DNA of 20,000 nucleotides from Eimeria praecox (lineage: Eukaryota), in NCBI GenBank assembly GCA_963920595.1, contig OY986948.1, forward strand, positions 5,566,436 through 5,586,435, in the 5' to 3' direction. The notes below the pieces were generated by a model. It was not told the origin of the DNA and did not search any database. It was given only the letters and a program-made list of their open reading frames with translations. Shown one piece after another: positions 1 to 11,200 of the stretch (its first letter is position 1; every line of letters starts with the position of its first letter). The translations under genes were made by a program, and so were the position numbers.

Positions 1-2188
1 TGATAGGGAGAGAGATCCCGGGAGCCTGCATTCGGTGCGTACATATCATTCCCTCTAAATGTCTTCAGCACTTGCGGTTCTTACTGACGTTTCATCAATG
101 TCCGGTTCGACAGGGACGCATGCCGCCTGCCTCGTTTTGAATGTGGTATAGTTTGTCTTATTCTGCATGCCTTGGCTGAAATCAGCTCTACTTTTCGCTA
201 GAAGCATATGGTGTGGCTGGCCAGCTAGGACAGCTGCATATGTATGCATCATGAAGAATTTGTGTGCTCGCACCTCCAGCCTAGGCGTGACGAGGCATTT
301 TCTCGCTCTGCAGTGGCTACTTGAATTATCCAGGCAGCATGCATTTATATGCAATGCTGGCTGGCCGGCATGGGGTGGGGTTCAGTGGCCTTCCAGATCG
401 TCTGGTGGCAGGGTAGAATCTGCAATGTGCATTCGTGCAGATTTTTTGAGTTGCAGTATGGGGTTGAGTGCGGGCTTAATTAGCTAAAGCGTGCTCGTCT
501 TTGGTCTGTACTGAGGCAGGGTGTTTCAACACGTGACATGCTTGTGCGGGACAGTGTCTCACATGGCACAAGATATGAATGGATTGGCGAGGCAGTGCAT
601 GCGCAGCACAGAATGTGATAGGCGCAATCTCCTGCGGATAAGCTGTGATCTGTGTAAAGCCTAGGTTGCGCATGATGCAGTTGCTTTGGGGAGAGCAAGC
701 ATAGCCAGTAGCAGGCCGCGCCCGGTGGCGCAACCGAAATGAATTCTGTAAATGCTAGTGGTGCGTGCGTTAGAGAACTACACATGCATTGCTTGCTGTG
801 CAGCTACTGCGCAACACCAAATAAAAGGAAATGCCGTAACATAGGAAGCACTTCCTTGCTTATCCAGATTGGCTGCACTGTGCCTTGTTCGTAGCAGGCG
901 CAAGTTGTGGTCTCGTCGCTGATATTACGTAGAGGCATTCTTTCCCTATCCATCTCTCCCCAGGTTGCTTGGCTCACCTCTCCCAAACCAAAGGCGCGTG
1001 CTCTGAAGTGCATCATAATCCACTGCCTTGACATATCTTCTTAATAGGAGGTTAATCTGAACCCTCCTTCTTTCCTTCAGCAAAAAGCAATTCGATAAGG
1101 GCACACACCTCATAAAGGGAGGTGCTTCGTTATGCATTTGGAGTTGGGGCTTGGCTTGGTTCCTTTGTGCTGGATGAAGTCAGCTACTTCTCTCAATTGG
1201 ATTATACGCAATATTTGGAGGAACGCTATGAGATATGCATGTGCGAGCATCATGGGGTTGTGCATATTGCCTGAGCGCGTCTACTTGTGCAGTGCGGCGA
1301 AGCGCATTCTGCCATTACGACCACTTGCCGGTTTGCCCAGGACGTATGCGCTTTGAAGAAAACTCCACCGAGCGCATTTATGGGTACTGCTATGTTCCAG
1401 ACCACCTGGTTGCCGGCATCGATGTGTATGTGTTCCCGTGCAGACTTTCGGGTTTGAAGTGTGAGCATAAATAGATGTCGGCTTAGTAACCGTACTCGTC
1501 TATGACTTCTACTGGGGGTGGCTTGAATCGTCGTTTCTGTATGCGCTTTCGACACATTGTCGGACCCTGCACACTACCTTGATGAATTGATAAAGCAGCA
1601 TATGCGCAGCGCAATATGCAGTGGAAGGAAACAACGGCAACGCCGCGATTCGTGTCGAGCATTTGGTAGCAATCGCAGTCCCCCCGGTTAAATGTGCTGG
1701 CAAGCGGCATGATGAGGACGGAGACAGCGAAGCGTTGGCTGCTCCTGATGGCGTGTACAACCAGAGTTGTGTCGCCCTCCATGGGGCTTGTAGAAAAGAG
1801 GGTGGGACCCGCAGCTCATCGTGCAGCTGGCGAGTACCTCAGAAAACGGGGGAACTCATAGTGCAGGGGGCTCTTTCTGGTGGGGCGAGATTATCCTACC
1901 CTTTCTGGGTTTTGAGTAAGTGCAGTTCATGAGTGTATCGCTGTGCAGCCGGATGCATAACTTTGTAGTTGCCGCTGGGCTGCTGTTGGACTCGTGCTTT
2001 TCAGAGAGGGAAGATAGAGGTAGGCGGATTGTGTCCGATTTCCTGGGGAGTATACCAGTTGTGCAAATACGCGTAACAGTTGAACAAAGCAATGCGGAAC
2101 CCTTATAATTGTCATTTCCCTATCTCTAGTCGGCATAGTTTATGGTAGAGATTACGACGGTATCTAATCGTCTTCAAACCCCCTACTG

Positions 2189-2233
<45 letters not shown>

Positions 2234-5200
2234 AGTTCGTCTTTAACAAATCTATTGACAAAACAAATGCCATGGTGAAAGCACCTTCGGGTCCAGGGGT
2301 TAGACTTGTTAGTGCGTTACGTTTGCGTGAACCCACGATACCACGCAAGAGTACTGACAGCACTCCACCGCAGTAAGCAGAAGCAAACGCGAAAGGGGCA
2401 GCCAACGAGAACGAGCACAATGTCTCCCCAACTTCTTGAGCATGCTTGATTCTCGTTGGTCTTCCAGCATCAAACGATTTGACAACGACGCTCCATGCAG
2501 CTACCTGCTTCACTTTGCAGCCGTTGTCATGCTTGTGGCTGGTTAGCCTCCACCGGTTCAAATCAGCTTAGCCCAACAAAACCAGCATACGCAATAGGCA
2601 GGGGAGACCAACTGGTCTAGCCTGCGCGAGCATCGTGAGATGATTTAGTTTGTGTGCTTGGCTTTACGGGGGAGACGCGGCGAAGCACCCTCATGCACTG
2701 CAATTGCCCGCGGTTCCGCCCAGGAGGTAGGCACTTAGGAGCAAGTGTATCTGTTGGGTTATGGCTACTGTCACATACCAGCCTTTCTGGTGGCAGGCAT
2801 GGATGTGCCTGTGCATTCGTGCATCCTTGGGCAGTTGCAGTGCTAGGATTTGTGGGATAACTACCTCCTGTATGCCTGCGTTGCTTTGTCTGATGGAAGG
2901 GGTTGTATTTACACGGTATGCGAGACGGCAAGACATAGTCTGGGATTTCAAATGATGTGAGTGAATTGGTGAGGCAATACGGTGCACCGCAAAGGGTGCT
3001 AGGAGGTAGCAGCGACTCCACGGTGATTTGCGTCAAGTGGTCAATAGAACTAGGGCCCAGCATTGTTATGCAGGGTGACATTTGTTTGGCGGGAAATGAG
3101 AATGGCGGAGGACAGGCCGCTGCAGAACGCACGGCGAACACGAATTGCGTAGATATGCATGGCGCCTGCACGGACAGGGAGCTCCTAGTCGGCTGCGGGT
3201 TTGTTGGGTAAAGCAAACGAAGGCAAAGCCGGTAGTGCAGGCGAGTGCTTCTGGCTTGGGGAGATTTACTAAGCTGCTCTGTGTTGGGAGTATGTGCAGC
3301 TTATGCATGCGTTCCTAATGTTCTTTCGGCCCTTCCTTCCCGTGTCAAACTGTTCATAACACCCCAGCTTTATAGACAGAGGTAAACGGGCAGCAGGCCC
3401 TCGGCCTGCACGCATATGATTATTTCCGGTTGGAACGCCCACAGTCATTGCTGGCCGTTTGACACGAAGCAACTCGTTCAGGACACCGGATGGAGCCTTC
3501 TGCACCTTTAAGCTTGGGTTTGGTTCCAGGTACAATCCAGCTCCGTTAGCTAATGGGCATACACAGCGTTAACCGGAAACCTAGGGCACTGTGTGCATGA
3601 GCGCTGTGTGGCTGTATGACTTTTGCGCGTTTGTCCGCAGCAGCGTTGTGGCGAAACCTGCACCTGCGCACGTTTGGTGTCAGAAAGTATGAACGTCACT
3701 ACCTGGATGGGTTGCGGCAGCGTGCACTGTTCAACAGCTTGAACAATTTGTACAGTTTGTAGCGCGTGTGATGCACCCGAAGCAGGGTTTAGATTCATGG
3801 GGTGTTGATTGGTGCTGGCACAATTCAGTCCGTATGAGCGCATTTAATTGCGTGTATCCACGAGTGCAGGTTGCTGGAGTTGCATTTCGAAGTTATGTTG
3901 AATCTCGCCTTGCCATAACTACATTCTTCTTAGGTTTCCACTAGGATGGAGCTTTTCGTTCGGGGACATGGATCTGCAAGGCACGCTGTGGCTTTACAGT
4001 CGATGGCAGTGAATTGGTGAGCACTTCTTTGCACTGCAGTATGCGGCTGCAACAAGCAACGACCGCGCGCGGGCTTCTTCTAGAGGGTCAGCAGCATTGA
4101 CAGCCAGCTCGCAGTGAGTTGCTGAGGGACCATATGTGCAGCACCATGCGCCGCAGATGGAACCGGCCACTTAGCGTGCGGACCGCAGGATGATTTCAGC
4201 TGCATCGTTCGGCAGCTGGTGTTTAGACGGATGCTGATTCGTCTGTATTGCTTGAAATCATCGTCATATGCCAACAGGAGTACACACAGTATTTGGCTGA
4301 GAGCTAGGGGGCCACCTTGTCCGAACAACATGGGCGTATGCAGTCTGATTACGCGCGTGTGCTGGTGACGTTCGGACACTGCTTCTCTGGCTTTACGTCG
4401 CCCGGTGTTTTACCAGGAGGCATGCACGTAGAACCAAAAGAGTCTGCTCGCCGTGGTTATAGTTCGAGACATCTGGCATTACAAACAATGCCCGTGAAAT
4501 AGTGTGGCGGTAGATGAACAGCGTAATCCGTGGCAAGGGAAAGCAGTGGCTCACAGTGTGTTGCATTAAGGCCTAGCAGCATAGCCCACCATCCCGGAAA
4601 TGCGTGACGGTAGGCATTCTGAAAAAGAAGGAGATGCCAAAGCATGGCCAGCTCCCAACGACACGGCCAACAGGACTAGCGTAGGCGCCCATGGCTGTGG
4701 CACAGAGGAACTCAAAAGCTATGGCTGATTACTTAGCAATTGGACGACTCAAACGAACCTGAAGTGCAGGCGGGCATTTCTAGCTTGGTGAGATTTGTAG
4801 CTGTTTTGTGTTCAGGGAAGGTGAAGATTTTGAATGCGTCGTTAATGCATCCGTGCACTCCTAGCTTTTCCAGCTAGGAGTGCACCTTCACTTTGCTGCA
4901 CTGTGCTCTTTTTGGGTCGGAACAGAAGCTGGGTGTTTCACTGCGCGATAAGCGTTTGAGCGGCAACATCTGGCATTGGGAAAAGTATAGAATAAGTGGG
5001 AAAGCAGAACATGCTCTGCACAACGCGTAGTAAGAGGCAACAGCACTTACGCTCTGATTTGTGCCAATGATTCACTAGCATGGGCGATTTATCGGTTTGT
5101 GTGTGATAGTGTTGTTCTGCCGAGGCTAGCCGTAGCGAAGAGCTAACAATTTTTGAAGATGCTGCCAAAGCGGGTTTTGTGAACACTGTAACGCTTGAAC

Positions 5201-8200
5201 AAGAAACTGGAATTGCATGACTCATGATTCAGCTATTGGGTAGAACAGTAGAAAGCCAAAACCATAGCCTACTCGGGCGTGTCTGCTTTGTCTAGATTAG
5301 GTAGGCCGTTGAGAGCTCGGACGAACTGTAGTATGTGAATGCGTTTCTGCATTACTCCCGAACTATCTATCCCGCTGCAGGGTGTTTGTAACACATCTCT
5401 GTGGCCATCTAAAATGCACGCAAAGCAGGACCTATTAGTTCACGCACGTTGTATAACATTTTCGGCGTTGCGATCGTCTGCTGTCTTTGGCAGGAAGTGT
5501 GCACATAATTACCCGTCAGAGTTGCGCAGATGCTAAGTCTTTAGAATCTATACCAGTTTGTAACAAGTCCGAAGCAACCAAAACAAATTTATCTTGGCGC
5601 AATGATGGGCACAGCTACCTTTGAGGCTGTCTGGTGGCAGGTATAGAAGCAACTGTGAATGCGGTGAATGCGTGCAAGCTTGTGGAGCTATGGTGCGAAG
5701 TGAAGTGGCAATTAGTTTCTCTCCAACCGTCTTCTCTGGTTTTTGCTCATTTGGTTTTGTTTGTTTTGGGGTGCATTTGGTGACTCACGTTGAGTTTGGG
5801 TTACATATTCTAGTATTACTGTCGATATCTGTGAAGTGAGGAGGCAGCGCACTGGGTAGGAAACAGGGAGGAGCGACTAAGCAACTTCTGCCGAAGCCTG
5901 AATATTATTGATGGACAGCCTGGATATGTATGATGCCAGATGTTCGGCGACGGGCGGGAATACTGAGGCGCTAGCCGCAGCCGACAGCGCGACCAGCATG
6001 GCATGTATAAAGCCGCGTGAGACTTGCACAGACGGAGACGAAACTCTTACCTCAATGCATACCTAATGCGGAACACAAAGCAAGGCGGACGCCGTAGTGC
6101 GGGCGGCACGTTTTGGCCTTCAGACATTGACAAAGCTTTTTTGCTGTTCTCAACAGCATTGAGCTTGTGGATGAGGCACTGACTCTCGTTTGAGCTCGAA
6201 ATCTCACCCCAAAGTGTTGATAGCACTCCAGCAGTATGCCAACGGAAACGGTGTGCAGGTCATCGATCCTCACTCACAAACGGTCTCCGGAGCATTAGAT
6301 ATTCGACAAGGATTCATCATCAAGTATCGGATTTCGTCATTTCTGTTTGCCGGCAAAGATTAAGCAACTTCTGACAGGTAGCTAGTGGTCATGCATGCGT
6401 GAGCACCGCTATGATATGCAGAATGTGCACTAGCGCGTACGGGCTGTTTTCTGCTCAGGAGGTATGCGCAGCGATGCGAAGAGCTAGATGCCTGAAGAAC
6501 CTGCACCAAATATGAGGCACCTGAAGCAAATTCCTTTCTCAGCGCGGCCTGGGATACTTTTCCCTTTCAGCTTGTATGCTTCTGGGTGTGCATGCGCATG
6601 CGGGCCGTTTTGGAGCGTAGCAGTGTTAGGGGATTTATCATCGTCGTCTTGCTGTAATACAGCCATTCATTGGCTTCTAGAGCGCTGCGCTTCAATCTGC
6701 GATATGCGTTACCACGATACAGTCTGACACTACCAAGAGTACCTGTGAATTTGTAAGGCAGTGTCTATGCTGCACAGTATGTTGTTGGAGCATATAGTCA
6801 CTGTAATTTGCGCGAAATGTTTAGTAGTAATCATGGCCAGCTCGACATTAGATGAAGTTAGCTGTTTTGTGGAAAACACTAACAGCTAAGCGCCTGCCGC
6901 GGAAGAGAACGCAGCCAACATCCATTCTGCTAATCCTCATTGCACCTGAACGAATGAAAACGGACAAAGTGGGGCATTGTGCACCTATTGGGACACAAAA
7001 GAATGCAAACCAGCAGTATTTCGGGTGTGTTTATGGGGTTTTGTATTTGGTAAACCTGTTTTGTGCTCGACTTAGGTGCAGCCTATGAGAGTGCTACTCA
7101 CAGACTCGGTTTTGCGTACCTCGTGGCAAAGTGTTCAGAGCCCAGCCCGATATTTAGTTGAGGCAGACAGCAAATAGGCCCTCGGTTTTGACGCACCTGA
7201 TGTCTCCTGAACGTCTTAAGGATTTTCGCCTATAGCCAGTCTTCCAACAAAAATCTATTCAGTAATGATCCGCCTGGGCGCCTGCGTGAGCACAGTGGCG
7301 ACTGCTTTTCACCGTCACGCCCGGGCGTTGTTTTGTGAAGAGAGTAAGCCTTTAGAAGCAAATGCATATGCGCGGCTTTATCGGCGGTGCTACGTTTCAG
7401 GCTGTTTGGTGGCACGAATTGATGTGTAAGTGCATCCGCCCACATTTGTAGAGTTGCTTGGTAAGCAGTGAAATTTCATTTTGCTTTAATCACTCTCATT
7501 TCCGGTGTCTACTGGGGCGGGGTGTTTCCATACTCGCTATGCCCCTGCGAGTCTGACATTAAAAGGAGTGTACAGGAATTGGAATGGCAACACGCGTGCA
7601 GTGCGACCTGAAAAGGAAACAGCGATTACGTGGAGATATGCATTAAACACTTAATAGGGCTGTCCCTCAACCCGGTTAGGCATTACGCCCGATGTGCAGG
7701 AGACCGGCTTAGCGGGGCGCTGCCGACAGCGCGACCAACATTACTTGTGTAAATCAGCACGCCAATTAAAACCCCAAAGCGGAATCCTCACATCATGCCT
7801 AGCGGTTCGGTAGCATAAAAGCAAGGAAATGTATAGTACAGGCTGGTTCTTTTGACGTAGCCATGTGCATTAGGCCGTGCTGCATTTGAGTGGGTGCAGT
7901 GTGAATATATCGCTCATATTCTTTCGGGGTAACCCACAGGCGTCAGGGTTTTTGTAACACCTTTCAACAACGATCCGACGACAGCATAGCCCAATGCATC
8001 CTAGTTCACGTGCGTGCTATATGGCATTCGTCTTGAAGATATCTTATCCCCGTTGGTATTCCACCAGAACGTTATTCGGTAAGCAGTCAACTGCATCCTT
8101 TGGCTGTTGGTATTAGGCCTGGATATGGGTCGCTTGCGATGGTCTAAGCTACCTCGGTCTGCAAAAATGAGTATGAGCAGTGTTTGGCAGCGACCTACGG

Positions 8201-11200
8201 GGCTAGCATGCATGCGCGTCATGTGGTTGTGCAGTCCTTGTGAGTGCGTCTATAATCACGGTGTAGCAAGACCTTTACTGGCTTCACGATAGCGTGCTCA
8301 TTTCGCCAGAGAGTATGCATAACACTCATAACACTCAGCCCTTTGCATGGCAAGGTTCTTGTTTCGACTGTGCTCCAGACTCTCCCGTGGCCCATGTAAA
8401 GGTTTCTGTGCATACGTGCGAATTTGTTTGATTGACAGTATGGTCTGGTCACGCTTTAGATGCCTTCCTTTGCATTTTGCAGAAAGGGGCTCTTTCGGAA
8501 GGCAACCCCTAACCCCGAAAATGAATCCTTAGTTGTCCGTGCAGATCCTGGATGACAAAAAAGAAAGCAAACGAAACAATGCGAAAGCATGCTTCGGGTT
8601 TTTCTGGATGCGTTAACCTGTTTTGGGGTAGGAATAAGTGTAATCTGCCAATATGCCAATGACTATGATATCGAATGGCAAATGGTTAATAGCAATCCAC
8701 ATCATTCGTCCGAGGCAACGGGGCAAGCCGCCCCTCGCTCTGCACGCATGCGGTCCTTCCCAAGCATCCTCAGCGTTTAGAGCACCGCCGACCTTTCAAC
8801 GAGGAGCTATTCGGTACAAACGACCCATGGAGAGGAACCAGCTGCACTGCCCTGCAAGTGCTGTTAGGGTTATGGCTGGTTTACTTAGTTTGTCCAAGAC
8901 CACCACTGTCTACAGACAGAAATATGGGGTATTAGGGTGCCGGCATGCTTGAGCATCGTTGTGTTATGCAGTTTCTGCACGCGCGGACAGACGCGCGTGT
9001 CGAAGCCTTCGCTGGCATTGTGGTTGCGCGCTGCTTTGTCCAGAGAGTATGCACCTAATTAGCTTCAAAATGTGGGGGGGATACTAAGACTCTTTCTGGT
9101 CTAACAATTTGTAGCAATTCCGAAGCAGAAGAAGCAAACTCATCTTCTCGGCGCCCATGCGGATGCTGCCACGTTTCAGCGTGTACGCTAGCAAGCATAC
9201 ATCTGCTTACGCGTGCTTGCAGCTTTGTGGCGTAGCAGTCTGAGGAGATGTAAAAGCTGTTTTGGCTATAATCACAGCCTTCTCTGTTTCTTTGTTGTGC
9301 AAGGTGTTGAGATATGCTGTATGAGTCTGCCACACATGTGTCTGGCGTGACAGGTTATGTCAGCGAATTGACAAGGCAGGATATGCCCAGCGCAATACGT
9401 GGCAGGAGGAAGCAGCGGCGATTTCTACTAAACCTCCTGTAGTGTTAACGGTCATCTTCCGTATGCGTGATGCCAAGTGCTCTACAGGATAGGGGAATAG
9501 CGACGCACCGGCGGCGGCCGACTTTGCGCGTGGCAGGCATTGTGTAAATCCGTGTAGCACTTGCAAACAAAAGCGTGGAGCCTGTAGCTCACTATGCAGT
9601 TATTGATGGCCCTGTAAGAAGGCGGAAATAGTAGCGCAGTTGGATTCTACAGTTTTTACGAGCTTTGTTAACGTGCCTTTTTGCTCGGAGTCTGTAAAGC
9701 TTATGAGTGCGTTAATCATGTTCATTCTCGCTCAATATCTTACGACAAATTGTTGAAAGCACTCCAACATAGTACGCAGAAGCAAACAAGGAATATGCCC
9801 TCTGCCCGCGCTCGCTGGATGTCTTGCGAACGCGTTGAATGCCTTTAAAGTATCGTAGCTCTTCCAACAAATGATCCGACCAAAACTTCCCAAGCAGGTA
9901 GCTGCATCGTTCCGAAGTGTCATCTTTTGCGCTGGCCGAGCTGCTTTCCATCCGCGGATAAAAATATGTGCTTGTTTGGCAGAGAACTAGGAGATTTGCA
10001 CGCATGAGCGTTGTGGGGATATGCAGTCTGCATGCTCGCGTGTACTTGCGAGTTGCTGGGAAGCCGTTTCTAACGGTGCAAGGGAGCTCTGCGTTGCCCA
10101 GGATGTATGTACTTAGAGACGACGCTTCTTTTTGGCTCACGTATGGATGAGGCTACGTTTCAGCATGAAGTGCGCGCGAGGCACTGGTGCATAGATGCGT
10201 GAATGCACAGTTGCTGAGTTGTACTGTGAGGAGAAGTGCTTCTTCGCCTTTCTTTAGCCATGCTCTGCTGTTAGTTTGGCTGGAACGGGATGTCTCTGCA
10301 AGCAGTGCGCATCTGCGAGGCAGCCTGGCATTACACACGATGTTAGTTAATTTGTGAGGCAGGATCCGTGTCATGCAATGCTTGATAGGAGGAAGGAGCG
10401 GCAACGCAGTGTTTTGCGTTATGCGGCTAGTAGAATTGGTGAACATTCTGACTATGTATGACGAAAGAAGGTATAGGGAGAACGAAATGCCCAAAGGCAG
10501 GAAGCAAGCAAAAGCGTAATCGGCTTGTCTAACGTCGCGTGGCTCTAGAACAAAGGGCCCGGAATCCGTACCTCATCTTGTGGCTATTGTGTAGCATCAA
10601 ACTGAGCTAAACCCATAGTGCAGGCTCGTGTCTCTCCTTTGCCGGAATCAGTTGAGTTGCTTTGTGTTTGGAGGGTATGGAACTTATGAATGCGCCACTT
10701 GTCTTCGTTAGAGCTGGGCATCCAACGCCAAAGTTTTGAAAGCACTACAACCCAATAGGCTGTGGCAGAGCAGAGGCCTGCGCCCATGCGATGACACCGG
10801 AATGCCTTGGGAGTTTGCAATTTTTATCCAGATTAGTTTATTTGCAGTCTTCGGAGCCCGTTTTGCGTGGGCAGGAAAGCGCGACGCTGCGACGTCCGTT
10901 CGCGTGACGGAACCTAATACTGCAAACAAATCGCAGACGATTGTGATTTCTGCCAAAGGTTTGCTATGATTGGCGATCACGCTGGGTATGGGTGGGTTTA
11001 GGTGCGGACGATAGGAATAGCGAAGGGTGGGCACCGTCCATCAGTGCAAAAAACGCGAGGCGGCTGCATAGACCAATGTGGGATCTCCACAAGTGAATAC
11101 AGATTCAGCATTTCATCGCATATGTTGTGTAGGGGAACGAGCAGGAAAATCGGGTGTTTTGGGCTTGACGAGATTAGCTAAGCTGCTATGTGCTCGGGAT

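Noticed and set aside
2617..3216. Longest ORF (199 aa, minus strand)
   Set aside because: It has a non-ATG start and a Pro/Ser/Thr/Cys-rich composition typical of non-coding frames, and it is not kept open in homologous repeat units.
2691..4645. Integrase-like peptide fragments (VIRLH, HMVPQQL, LQLPKDARMH) suggesting one complete chromovirus from ~7450 to ~2100
   Set aside because: These segments are DNA paralogues of the stretches that give RT-like peptides in the next unit, so they cannot encode different pol domains. No LTR pair was seen.
7230..7445. WADALTHQFV resembling a retroviral protease motif (LxDSGATHNF)
   Set aside because: The DSG/DTG triad is absent, and the DNA is a paralogue of ~5480-5680, so it cannot be the upstream protease of a single linear element.
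10584..10820. CSATAYW..VLSKL resembling an Eimeria SAG segment (CxxAVxYWKxG)
   Set aside because: It is a single short resemblance not evident in homologous frames of other units, so it is insufficient to call a gene.
3784..11001. Isolated telomere-like words (AGGGTTTAG at 3784, CCCCTAACCCC ~8506, GGGTTTAGG ~10993)
   Set aside because: Single units of 11 bp or less are expected by chance; there is no interstitial telomeric array.
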